A stretch of 64,000 bases of DNA from Strigamia acuminata (Eukaryota), in the NCBI GenBank assembly GCA_949358305.1, contig OX442314.1:14694001-14758000 (forward strand). The letters are read 5' to 3'. Numbering within the stretch: position 1 is the first letter of the stretch; every line of letters starts with the position of its first letter. Below are positions 27,601 to 41,464 of this stretch, piece after piece. The notes under the pieces are model-generated. The model worked only from the letters and a program-made list of their open reading frames with translations, was not told where the DNA came from and made no database searches. The position numbers and the translations under genes are program-made.

Positions 27601-28464
27601 GAATCTACCCATTGATAGCATAATAGTTAAATTTCTCACTGAGACATTGATAAACATTGCAGATAAACATAGAAGGTTGGTTCACCAGTTGTAGTTGAAA
27701 ACGATCAAAATCAGTGCAAACCATTTGCTAACACAATTGCTCTAGACTCGATGTTGATTGTCGAAGCTGAACTATTCTTCTATCACTAGGAGATGAATTG
27801 TAATCAAACTGACAAGAGAGATGGGATCTGTATTTTCCACCATACCATAGTGGATCCGTAGAAATTTTGGAAAAAATGTGTAATGGAAATGTGTATATGG
27901 TAATAAACCAACAACCGGTTTAACATTTAGTAATATGCAAGGTTGGCTAAACAAATTGCCTTTTGCGATCACACATTGCCGGTGTAAATGTATTTCAATG
28001 ATGTAGGAGAAACAGGTGACAAAAGAAGTTTTATTTCTACTGTATTTTATTTGGAAAGAAATTACTACATTTACAAATTTTTTGAAACACTCAAAAATTA
28101 TTCTAAATTCTATTTTCAATATTTTACTTTAGGACCATTTTTATGTAACGATCCGTCCAGTTTGGATAACGCGCAAAAAATCGTAAGCGGAAATACGACA
28201 AAAAATGTAACCTCGCACTTAAATTAAAAAAATCCGCCATCATTGCTTACCGCCATCTACCGACATTTGATAAACTTCATCACTTCCGGAATGAAATTCT
28301 GAATCAGTCGGTCATGGTTGTAAGTGAATGGTGTGTGGGCATGGGAGTCCGGTGAGTTTCGCATCCTACGATGGGTGTAAATGTACAGCTGTGTTATGCC
28401 TGAACGTAAGAACAACTGAACAACACGGATTACATCGCGCAAAGCAAACACAGAAGGCTTTGCT

Positions 28465-31400
28465 ATGGCGAATGTCAAAGTTGCTGTTAGAGTTCGTCCT
28501 ATGAGTCGAAGGTAATGTCTTAAAATTTCTCCCACACGCTCGTCCTCTGTAACCTTGATGCTCAGTTCAATTTTCCAGCCACTTTATTTTTAATTATATA
28601 ACGTTTTCGGGCCTGGAAAATCATATTCGAGTAAATCCAAATATTTAAACCCAAGCGTTTTTACATGTGTGGATTGCTCAATGCATTTTGGAATTTCCTA
28701 TTGAGTCACACATAAGAAAGTTTATTGCCTTTTAAAATTCCAGATTTCTATCAGATATATAAAAATAATTGTAATTTAAAAATTAGAAAATGTTAAAATT
28801 GTTAATTTCTTTTATTCGTTTACTACAGGGAGTTGGAATCAGGAGCTGAAATGATTGTAGACTTCAATGGAGATACAGCAAGCATAACAAACTTAAAAGT
28901 GAGTCGAATTTTTACATTTATTTTAATATTTAATATACACCCGTATAAGTAATTGTTGATGAAATTTTTTTCAGGTGCCAGAAAAATCAGAAATAGACAG
29001 CAGAGAGAGAATTCGTCATTTTGTTTTTGATTTTTGTTACTCGTCGATGATGCCGAATAACCCACATAACGTCACACAAGATATGGTTAGTGTTTACGTC
29101 ATATATGCATTATTTCAAACGATCTTCTACAAATTAAAGTCACAATTTCTACAAAAGTGGTTCAAGTGTGAACAAGATGCAATTTGTTGGAAATAACCAA
29201 TATTTCTTTCTTGTTACAGTGGTATTTATTTATTTATTTGTATGATGTAATTAATTTACTGGAGGTTAGTTTTGGTGTTGCGATATTCTGTTATTTGTAT
29301 TTTCAACTAAAGGCAGCAGCAGAGCTTGGAATTCTTTACCTTGTGAATCCTTGACTAAAAATAACACAAAGAAAAAAGAAAAAATTGTTGCGGATTTATT
29401 CCATGTTGTGATTACAAATGCAGAGGAATGTAATGAATCCTCGCCTCATTCCTAAACATTAGTCATAGTCCCCCTTACAGGGGGATATTCACGCTATAAT
29501 GGGGAATTGAACAGCTGTTTTGCATGTGGAAACTCCCTGGTATGACCACAGAGACAATGAGGCAGCTGGTGCAGCCCAAATGAATAAGTGGGACAAGTTT
29601 TACTTGAATATAAATGTACCTAAAGGGAGACATTTTGAATACGAAATTTCGAAATATAAATTTTTTTTTTAAACAATTTTTTTTTGTTAGTATTAAATAT
29701 GTGAGTACAAAATCAATTATTATTTTTTTAGGTCAGCTATTATGTGATAATAATGTCAGTTTGTGATCAGTTTGAAGCAGGTGTGCCCTCATATTTCTTT
29801 GTGAGAAAAGCGAATGCATCCAATTGAAGTCATATTTTATTTATCTGTAGTGAAACTATCTATTTTGTGTTGATTTAAAATTGGAAAATATATTTGTTGA
29901 CACACCTACTCGAGTTGATTTAACCAAGCGACAACAAAACTTTAAACTGTAAAGATAAGCCTAAAGCGCTCGGTCTAAATCACTAGTTGGCGCGCTTTTA
30001 TAATTAAGAATTATCGTTACATTTTCAGTTCCGGAATTAAAAAGAACAACGTTTCTAAATTATTATTATTTTTGTACTTATCTTTTGTTTATTTATATTT
30101 AAAAATTGTTGCGGAATAAAGGGTTTAGTCATTCATCAAATCACGAATGGAATTATTTTCTAGTTGTAAGGAAATAATTAGTTACTTCCATTCACGACAG
30201 GATGCTTCCTGCCGACAACACGTGCTGAATTTCCAGTGAATTAAGTGACAATTTTTTTTGTTGCGCATAATGAAGAAAAATGATGATGAGCTGGGAGGAA
30301 TTTGTCTAAACGATTGGGTTTGGTCAGAAAGATATAAATCTGTCTTGTGCCACCAAAAATTGGGGCCTTGCCTTGTGTTGTGGTTTATTTTTTATTTTTA
30401 TTTTTTTATTACTTAATTGGCTGCAGTTCTGTTTATGTTTTCATGCATAGATAGAATGAGTCATCGTAAGTATCAACTACAACTTCCTTCTCTCCCCTTC
30501 GTCTCGGGAACTTGTACATGAATCGCTCCTAGTGTTTTATACACAAGAATTTTGTTCACGTTTTCAATATTTTTTCTTTATTTTAATCGATTTGGTTCGC
30601 AAATTTTATTTTTAATTGTGTTGTGATTTTCAAATTAAAAAATATATACTGCGTAATTTTTTTTTTTTTTTTTTTTTTTTTTCAAAATAACTTAATTTGA
30701 AAAATGGAATTAAAATTGAGATTGCCAAGCTTTTGGCATTCAAACCGTGTTTGCAACCGATTCTATTATGATAAATAAAAGTCTAAATTAGTCACGAGAT
30801 TAAAACCTTGACATTTACTTTTATTAGAGAAGTGTTTCAAAAAATATCGAATTTCTGCAGTTTGCAGCTGATGCTCACTTTATTTCCTACAGGAATTACC
30901 AAAACATGCAAGAAAATAAATGTAAAAAGGAAATATATACCATCAATTTATGATAAAACTAATAAGCCAAATTTACCATAATTATGTAACACAAATTAAG
31001 TAAACTAAAATATACCATTTATTTATTTATTTATTTATTTTTATTTTTTTTAAATGGAAAACAAATTTCAAAATTTCTTAAAGCCGGAAAAACTTTGGGT
31101 TCTCTGTTTGGGCATTTTCTTGTCTTTATTATTAATGGTATGATGCATTTTTTTGGCACCATGCCCAGGATGTTGAACTCAAATAGCTTAGGATGTGAGA
31201 AGAGGAGTCTGAGACGAATCTTGACTGCTAGAGGCATACTTAAGATGGATTTCCACTTGGAATGGAGTGTTAATCATTACTGATAACCGGTACTTAGTTA
31301 TCAAACCTGCTTATTAATTTAAATTAAAGGCCAATGTTTAGCCCATATCAATTTCTCTGTTGTTTGTGAACAAAGGAATTTTTCTGTGACGGAAAAATTT

Positions 31401-34400
31401 AATTTTGAAATTGAAAATAAAATTAATTAAAAGCATTGTCGTATAATTGGTTAAATTTTAGTCCAAGCTACCTCAAATCCCTGCACATTACATTGGGAAC
31501 TTTCCAGTAAAGGTCAAGAGTGATGCTGCGAATCTGGTCGATAATTTGCTTTTGTTTATATTTGTTGTACTTTGTTTTTGTTTGAATCAATTTTTTATTA
31601 GAAAAATAGAAAAGGGGAAAATTTGTGGTATATTTTTTAAAAATTTATTGCAGATTTTTAACGAAATTGGTGCGCAGGTGTTGGAGTCTGCTTTAGATGG
31701 ATATAATGCATGTATATTGGCGTACGGACAAAGCGGATCTGGCAAGACTTACACGATGATGGGAATGGCTGTAAGTATGCACATTTACTTCTTAAGCGCT
31801 CTTGTTTACAGGTTAACTTTGGAAGAACATTAGAAATGTGTTTTATAATGTATTACATCTATTTCAATGCGCATATATCAGGTTCGAATTTAAAGATTGG
31901 TTACTGACATTAATGGGCGCTGAAATCTTACAAAAATGAAACAAGTAGTTTTTCTACCAAATTCCTTTCGATCTTGCGATCAAAAAAATTAAATGACAGG
32001 TACAAGGAGTCTAATCTTGCCTCGATTTGGAAATGTAAGCAATTAGTGCTACCATTGTAAAGTCAGCTTAGTTACGCTTTACGCTATTTCTTTTCAACGT
32101 TCAGAAAACCAGTTTGGTACATCTCTTTAAGTTTGCCAAGCACTCTTGAGAACTTGAAGAATTTGCTCCAAGTTTGAAAGCTTTTTTTAAAATGTAGGTT
32201 TAATGATAGATTTAAAAAAAAATTTCTCCAGTAACTTCAACTATGTAGTCTTGATAAACCTTGCTGAAATGTTGCTAGCGTTTCTAACGGTTCGATACTC
32301 GCGTGAAACATGAACGACACGGTAAGAAATCACGAATTCGTGTAATTGTAGAGGGGGGAAATTACGCCATAGTGAATAGTCGCCGGATGCGTACGTTACA
32401 TTCCCACGACGCTACTATACCAATCCACTAGACCAAGCAGTCGATCATCATTTGCCGTCGAAACCTTAAATCTCGCCTTGCCTAAAGATGAACCACTTCG
32501 CCGATAAAAGAATGTGAAGAATTTTACCAAATGTTTGAATGAGGCGGAATATTTTAGAATAAAATTTCACTGAATTGGGTGCAATTTAGGGAATAAATGA
32601 CATTCGATTTGATCAAGTTTGTGGGAAAATATTCCGCCCAATATCAAAGCAGTTCTGCCAAATTGATTATATGGATTGTGTTGAAAGATGTGTGGCAATA
32701 TTTTAGAAATATATGGACTGTTAGGTCCTTCGTTTTGTGGAGGAAATAAAATGTGAAGCTTTCGAGTTGCTCGTTTGCGGTTTAACGTTTGGCCGTTTTC
32801 TTTACAACATTTGTGAACACAAGGGAAATCTGCAATGCAGAAAATGCGAAATGCTCGAATCGGTTTATTAAAGATATGAATGAATGGGTGAATTTTAGAG
32901 GAACTATGGAGGAGGGGAATTGGTTGGCTGAAAGGGAAAATTTATCAAAGGGACGAAATAATAAAATCACGAAGCAGAAAGAAAATTGTATTAGTCACAC
33001 GCGGAAAAAATGGCTGTCGGTTACCGAAGTACAATAAGCCTAACTGCTAATGAGACTTATCATAAACAAGCAAAAAAAAAAAAATAGGTGGAGCATGAAC
33101 GTTGTCATTGATTATTTTCAGAATGTTTTGAATCATATTTATTTATTTATTTATTTCGTTTATTTCAGGGTGAATTGGGCTTAATTCCAAGAATTTGCGA
33201 GGTGAGTTGATTGAACTTGCTGTCAGGGAAAAATCGATTGTGATGAGTGGGTTTATGTAGGGAATTAAGCGAAATGTGATTACTTGTATTAAAGAGAGAA
33301 GGCAGATTTAATTCAGTTAATTGTAGTTTAATCTTTGGATATACACTGATTTTGGTTTAATTACAAATACTTATTTTCCGTTAATTATGCAGAGTTTATT
33401 TACAAATGCGTCGGAACAGAGCGGGAAAAAAGTTACGTTTCATGCTGATGTTAGGTTTGTGATGATATAATTTTGAAATTAGAGTTGTGTTTTTGTATTC
33501 ATACATCTCTCTCCTTTATTTTGTCGTAGCTTTTTAGAAATTTACAACGAGCGAGTGTGTGATTTACTACAAAATCCTTTTCCACGTAAAAATCGAACTA
33601 GTCTTAAAGTGCGCGAACATCCCAAACACGGACCGTACGTGCAAGGTGATGTTTGCATCTGAGTTAACATTATTTGTAATAAAAACTGACTAGTGTTAAA
33701 TATTTAGATTTGAGTAAGCATGATGTACCTGATTTTCAAACCGTATTATCGTTGATTGAACGAGGAAATCAAAACAGGTAGAAAAAATAAGACAAAAACA
33801 ATACGGCTTCTGCTCTGAAAGAATGAAAGTTAATTTCCCACTGGAATCTAAATTTAATTTTGTAGAAGTGTTGCCTCGACTGAATCACATTCACGAAGCA
33901 GCCGAAGTCACGCTATCTTCACTATCAATTTTACTCAGGTATGATTTACCTTTTTTAATCTTTACCTGAAACTAAGTGTATTAAATAATTCATTATGAAT
34001 GACAGGCGTGTCTGGATGCTGAAATGCCGAGCGAAATCGTCAGCAAGATTCATTTGGTCGATTTAGCTGGAAGGTGTGTTGCTCTTACTGTATTTATCAT
34101 ACAAATGCGTTGATTAATTTTATGGTATTTTCGTGTTTAGTGAAAGAGCCAGTATTAAATTCAACAGAACGCGGTTAAAAGAAGGATCAAATATCAATAA
34201 ATCATTGGTAACACTTGGAAATGTAATTTCTGCCTTAGGTAATGGATATTTTGATGTTTGCAGCTTAAATTTGCTGCGATTTATTCATTTAATTTAATTT
34301 AATTTTAATTTTAGCTGAAAAGAGTTTATCAATCTGGAGTTTGGATAGCTTAGGCTCTACTTATAGTTTGGAATCGATGGGATCAAGTCCTGCAAGCAGC

Positions 34401-37400
34401 CCTCGACGTATTCGTCACACTTTTGTGCCTTACAGGGATTCAGTTCTCACTTGGTTGCTCAAAGATTCCTTGGGTGGCAACTCGAAAACTATAATGATTG
34501 CTAGTAAGTTAATTAAATCGTTTGTCATTATTTTTTATTTTTATATTTTGTAATCTTTTATAAAGCTATTTCACCTGCCAGTACTTGTTATTTGGAAACA
34601 ATCGGCACTCTTCATTACGCTCAACGTGCAAAGTGCATTGTAAACAAGCCTATCATTAATGAGGTATAAAAATTTATGGTGGTACTGTATTAGGTATTAT
34701 TAATGAGATTTTTGTGTGTTTTTAGGACTCTACCGTTAAATTAATTAGGGATCTCAGAGCAGAAATAGCTAGGTTAAGAGAATTGCTTGCAAATGCACAG
34801 ATTGTAGGTGTTCTTTTGTTTGTTATATTATTTTATAAATTTTACTAGATTTTTTTAAAAAAAATATATTTTTTTTTATTAGCACAATGTCATAAACTCT
34901 CCACGTGATGAAGTTTCAATTACCGAAATATTGAACGAAAATGAACGCAATGTAAAGATACTTTCTATGAAATAATGAAATCAAACACCGCGATTCCTCA
35001 AGCGCAGGTCTAATAATGCTTTTTATTCATTTTTTAAGGCTTTTACTCTTACAAAAACATGGATGGAAAAGTGGCACGAGTCGGGACGTTTAGTTGAAGT
35101 GCGTACATCACAAGCTAAGAACTCGATTTAAAATTTTAATATTTATTTTTGAATGAAGGATTCTGAAATGTCAATACTTAAAAGCAAATCCAGCGTCATT
35201 GTCGACACTCGTTTGCCTCATTTGATTGTTTTAGACAATCATATTTTAAGCACGGGCATTAAGATTTATTATTTGAAGGTAAAAGAATAAATAAAAGTTG
35301 AGGTTTCTTATGGCGATAATAAATCTATCAATATTTATTTTGTTATTGTAGTTTGGTAAAACTCGAATAGGAAGTGACTCATCCGGCTGTGCAGATATTG
35401 GTGAGCTCAAATGACTGATAATAAATACAGTTAAAGTTGCAGCAGGGCCAGCAGCTGAAGATGGGAGAAAGGAGCAATTGCATTTTTATGTTTACCTTGG
35501 TCCATAATGGATAAAAATATACAGTGTGGTTCTCGAGGGACATCTTTGCTCGCATTTTTTCTTTCCTGTTTGCTAATAAAAGTGAATGACTCATCTAATT
35601 TGATTCCCAGGTGTTTCAGGTAGCACGCTGTTGCCAGAACACTGCGAATTGGATTTCGACGGGTCGAATGTCACGCTGTCTCCTCTACTCGGTGCTACTT
35701 GCTTCATTAATGACTATAGTGTGAACGTTCCAACTTTATTAAGACAAGGTTGTTTTTTTTTAGTTTATATTTTTATTTTTATTTAAAAATAAATTATATT
35801 TTTTTTATTCAGCTGACATTGTCAAATTGGGATCAGATTTGACATTACGGTTTAATCATCCTTCAGTAGTGCAAAAATTGATAAACGAGAAAAAAAAGGT
35901 ATTTTTTATTTTGTATTTAAAAAAATAAAAATATAATTTTTTTTATTTTTTTAAATTTTAATTTCCTGTAGGAACAATTGATGCTTAAACCGCCATTGCA
36001 TTTTATTTACGACAATGAACAAACTTCTGGATTTATAAATTGGTGCTGTCAAGAGTGTCTTTTAAATCGTTGTAATGGAGCAACATCTACTCCGAATTGT
36101 CCCTCATACGTCTACAGCTTCCCCACTTGCCAGCGTCAGTTCTGTGAAAGGTTCCTTGCTTCTACTTCCTGTGCCGATGATAAATTGAAAGTCGCTATTC
36201 ATCACGTGGACTCGTCGAACACAACTTGTTCATGCTGTTTCGCAAAAGACATTTTGTGCACTGACAAGCATAAAACTTGCTGCTATGGCAACGGTTTAAT
36301 GGCAAATAGCACTAGTCGTGATTCAGCAATTACAGAGAACTGGTAAGAACCCAAAGTTACTAAATATTTTGTTTTCCGACTATTTTAAGGTTTGATTTCC
36401 AAACCCCGTCACTTGTCGCTAGTTACGCAAAAACAGTTTTATTGACAAACAAGTACATCACGCACATGGATTTTTTTTTTATTTAATTAGCTTTTAATTA
36501 AGCAATTCTTCACAAACAAGACGTTTACAGATTTATCATTGCATTTTGTATTATCAATAAAAACACGTACGTCAATTTCACGGAACCCTGGGAAGCCACT
36601 TAACGTTTGGCATCATTCGACTTGTTTGCCTCATCGTCCCTATAGTGATATTGACTGGAGATGTGACGTTAATAAGTGCCGAAACCATTTAGAAACCTGC
36701 AATTGTAGTTCTAACTTGTCATTACTTGGTCCATATGCATTGACTGTGCAACTTTTCTTATTCTAACATTTTGGCTTCTCGGATACAAGGTCAATGTTCA
36801 ATATCAGTCGTTGAATAGAGCGCTGGATGTAAGTATCACTACCACTCAACTAATGGAGCGTGGTTAATTCAATTGCGTAATTTGATAGCGCCATTCTTCC
36901 CCTCTCTCCCTGACATGGGATAGGAAAGCGTGATAAGTGCTTGCGTTGGGATGGGACCACATGGTTTCAGTACACCAGAGTATAATTTGATTTTAACCAA
37001 AGTAATTTATTAGTCTTAAAAATTAAAGCCATTTAGAATTTTTTTTTAAATTAATAGTAATTAAAAGTGATTTGCAATGACCCGCATGTCATATACAATA
37101 CTAAATCAAAATCAATAATCACAGTCGGCTCACTTTTTCCGGGGCCAGTTTTTCATTGATTTACTGCTTGAATTTAGCTAGTTTTGAACACACAAAAAGT
37201 TGCTTTAATTCGTAGAATCGATCGGTGTAAGGGAAATTAAAGTAAATAGCAATTTTATCTGCCGAGATTGTCATTTCGCTTGTCAGAATGGACGATGGGG
37301 AGGTTTTAATTCATCTATGGTATTTTTCTAACTACCATCATACCCTTGTTGATGACTCGTGAGTCATTCCTTGATATTTGCGGCCCAGCCCACAAAGAGA

Positions 37401-40400
37401 GCCCTTTTATTTTCCTCTTTTGACTAAAATAGATCGCGTTGTCAGAGCTACAACTAAACCAAGGCGGTTTATTCCAAATTTTTCTTTTTTCTGCGCATCG
37501 TCCCACGTCTGGGTTTAAGTTATGTTAACTGTAGTTGTATATCTTTCATCATTCGTGTGAGTTTAGTATTTTTATTATTTGTAAACTATGTTGTTGAAAA
37601 TGATTTCAGCCTTTATTAATCTTTAAATTGTTTACATATTTGTTTTTCAGTAAAAATGCTGAAGTGCTGCCTGGTGACCGTATCCAAGTTACACCTCTAA
37701 TTTTGCAGCATTTGGAAAATGAAAAATTCAGAAACATGTCGAGTGATATGCTTTTAATCGGAGGTATGCAAAATGCAATCAGATTAATTAATTAGTTTAT
37801 TAAATTTTTTTTGTTTTTAAATGTGTTTTATTTTTTTACTTAGATTTTGACGGTGCAGATTGCTCTGTGAAATTACCTAGCGCAACTTCAGAAAATAGTT
37901 GTAATGTTTGCTACTACAGTCAGTGTCCTACAGATAAATATTGTGCTTTTTCTGTGGCAACAAATACTCAAATAATGACCTGGGCTAGTCCAAAGAACTC
38001 AACGCTTAACAGTAAACTATTTATGGATAATTTGGTTTGCCGGTCCCATTTGGCTTCCAGGAAATGGTGTCAGAATGAATCTGTGGCTGAAAATCCAATT
38101 ATAATCACTGAACGTTGCAGTCGCATCGGAGATTCCACGAACGAGGCAGAAAATATCGCTTTTCAGCAGTCGCATTTTAGCGATGAAGTTTGTCTGGTGG
38201 AAAATAAACAAGTGAATTGTGTCAAGGATATTAGCAAAGCGTTATTAATGAAAGAAAAACAGGATTTTCGGAATAAATCTTCCAGTTCTTCGGGCGCAGC
38301 TTGTTTGTCGAAGAGACAAAGTAGGTTATTTAAGCATAAGTGCTTTTGGAAATGTAGGAGAAAGTCTTTAAAGAACTACGCGGCGAAATTGGAGGAAAAA
38401 AGGAATAATGTTGCGCAGGTTTGGAGGGTAGAGCACAGAGTACGAAAAGCAAATGTTAATGGTCGAGCAAAAAAAGCTAAAAAAAGATTATGTCGATTGT
38501 TTTCAAAGTGGAAAATGTGGAAATACGATGATGTTTTGACCCGGGAATATCGGACTAAAAATAAAGTTTCGTATTTGCACACAAAAGTGGATTTAAAAGT
38601 TAGAAAAACGAGTGTTAATGGGACTGACAACTCCTCTAGTCAATGTCAACTTATTTACAATTCGGGACTGGTAAATAACGTGCAGCAATTTGTGAATTCT
38701 GTTAAAGAAATAACGGACAGTGAACAATTAGTTAAGGTTTTGACGGAGCCGAGCGAGGACCAAAACGTGGAAGAAAAATCGATCGAATCGGAAATTCCTT
38801 CGATCCAACTGAACGAGGAACGAATTAATCAAAGTCAGGTTACGCCAAACGTCGGCGGGTCGATTAATAACAATTCTTTATCCGTCTTGGGTAACGACAC
38901 GGAATTGAAACGCACTTTATCGAATAACGACATCCACCAATCAGTAAATCTAACCGAAATCGATGAGAACGACGAAGAAAAGCCGGCGCAACAAACGACT
39001 AAAGTTCGCACTAATTCGTGGTCGGAGCCGTCTCAGATGAGTTTGGAGCAACTGGATAACGAAATAAAGGATTTACAAGAAAACTTAAAGGAAGATTTGG
39101 TCAACCAAGTCCTCGAGTCGATACTCTCAAACGAATATATTCCCCAACAAATTGACCAGTTGCGTGGCAGCAGAGTGGAAAAACCCGTAGCAAACAAAAA
39201 GTTAGTGCGCCAGTCCGCTAAACTTTGCACTTCGCCCGAGTTGATTGAAGAAATCGAGACCGAAAGCACTTCCCAGGTGCAGAAGAGACCTCTGAGAATG
39301 ATTGGTGGAGTGATGAGCCGCAGTGTATCTCTAGAAGAAGAGGAAATCGATTGCGGTCAGCGGGCCATCACGATGGACGAAGCCGAGGGTAGGAAAAGAG
39401 CGCCGCCTCTTATTTACATCAGCCAACCGTCGGACGGGTTTTCCGAGTCCGGGGTCGTATTAGACGAGGATTTGGATTTGGATCGCGAAGAGGACCCGAT
39501 CGATAATGATGACGAGGGGTCCGGGAGATTTGATGATAATCGGAGCATCGAATTTCCGTATTCGGACGACTTTGAATCGGACGAGAGCAACGACGAGAGC
39601 GGGAACGAGGACGACGAAGACGACAATGGAATCGAGAGCGATGAGGACATTTTTTACATTCCCATCGACCAGCTGAGGGGCTTCTCCCCGCCCCAAATCG
39701 TTGTGGATAAAGAGATGGTATTTGAGCTGGAAGGGTTTACACGGAAGGGTCAAGGCCTTAATTCGACTCAGGGGACTGACCAATTGAAGAGTGAAAGGGA
39801 GGAATTTGGAACATCGAATATTCAAGTGAATGCCAATGGTGAGTCATTGCGAATCGCTGGCCGTCACCACAACAAGGAACTGGCAGCCTGCCCACAAAAC
39901 TTGAGCAAGGACAGAACGGAGCAAGCTCGGACGGACGACGACAGTGAATTGTTGATTGATTTCTCCACGCCGTGCGATCTGCTCAACGAGGATGAGGAAG
40001 ACGACGTGTTTTCGTGCACCGGTTACACTTTATCGCCGATGGATATTTTGATCGATTATCGTCTCATGTCTCCGGGTGATCGACACAGACTTTACACCAT
40101 ACCTGAACTGAGTTCCGAGTACTCTTCGACGCCCACCGAAGGTATTTTGGGCAGTACGAGTGAAGCGGATGTTGCGTGCTTGGAGGAGGAGGAGGATGAT
40201 GAAAACGCGCGCAAGAACGAACGCAATGCGTCGCAAGGGGTGGAGAAATGGTGCGGTGAGGAAGACGGGGGGAGATCGAAAAATAAGAATGACGAAATTG
40301 GGGAAAATTGTCCTCGTGACGACATTTTTCGCAATTCGGGTGATAAAGCGCTTTGCGATGTGCGATGTTGCAACGAGAAAAGCGCGAGCCCCACATCGGA

Positions 40401-41426
40401 TCGGAACGAGCAAAATGCCAGCCAGAAATTTCAACCGCACGTTGAGTCATCGGTGGTAAACCCAGGCATTGGCCTTGATTCTAAACGTGACCTTGGTACA
40501 GACACCGGCGATGATTCATCGAGCTGTAAAAAAACAGGGCACTTGTTGATTATGCAATCAGATAGCGTTGAGAGTAGTAAAAACACGCTAGAGGGAGAAA
40601 CAGGCGTCGATGTGGCGACTGTTCAAGCACCTGCTGCATGTCGAGAATTATGGAAATTGTATAAACAGTTCAGCGAGGATTCCGAGGACGAAGGAGGAGC
40701 GAGGGATGCGACGCAGGAAGGAATGGAAGAAGTGGAGCAACCGGTGAGAAGTTGTCATTACGAGAGGGAAAATTCCCCGGCTGAATGCGGGAGTGAAGCC
40801 AACATGCCCCCGCAGGAAAATCACAATAGCAACGTGAGTCACGATAGATCGGTTGAGGAAAATGGAAAAATGTGTGATAAGATAACTGGAAATATAAACA
40901 AACTTGTTTTCGTTGATTGCGAGGGGTTTGGAGACGTAAACAAAGCTGTTTTAGTGGATAATCGTGACGAAATGGTGAATGTTTGTTGTGTTGATGACGG
41001 GTTTGTCAACACCGGTGGAGAAGGAAGATTGAATATTGACGATAGGTGTGTGCAACCGTGCGATGAGTCATGCGAAGGGCGGATGAATAATACAGAGAAT
41101 GAATGTTTATTAACGCAAGAGATATCAAAGGATGCATGTGGTAAACTGAGTAATCAAATGAGTAATCGATGCAGCGATCAACAGATTGGGATCTCTAACG
41201 GGGGAGAAAAGGAGAATGGTGAAATCGAAACGTGCGAATTTGGAAAAAATTTTAAGGAATTTGACGTTGAAGAGGGCGCTTCACTTGCCCAAAAGAAAAA
41301 AATGTTACGCTTGGGTGAAGTCACGTGGATGAAAGCAAACCAGTGGGTTAACCCGGTCAAAGATTGTGACATTTTACCTCCAATTAAATGTAAGTAAACA
41401 AATTTAGAAAATTTAAATTTTCAAAA

Positions 41427-41464
<38 letters not shown>

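Noticed and set aside
28257..28535. 92-aa minus-strand ORF overlapping kinesin exon 1
   Set aside because: Non-ATG start, antisense to the kinesin 5' end, no recognisable motif.
35401..35610. Possible structured RNA (snoRNA-like) in a 210-nt kinesin intron; similar idea for 36800-36980
   Set aside because: Only partial complementarity; no convincing C/D or H/ACA box arrangement.
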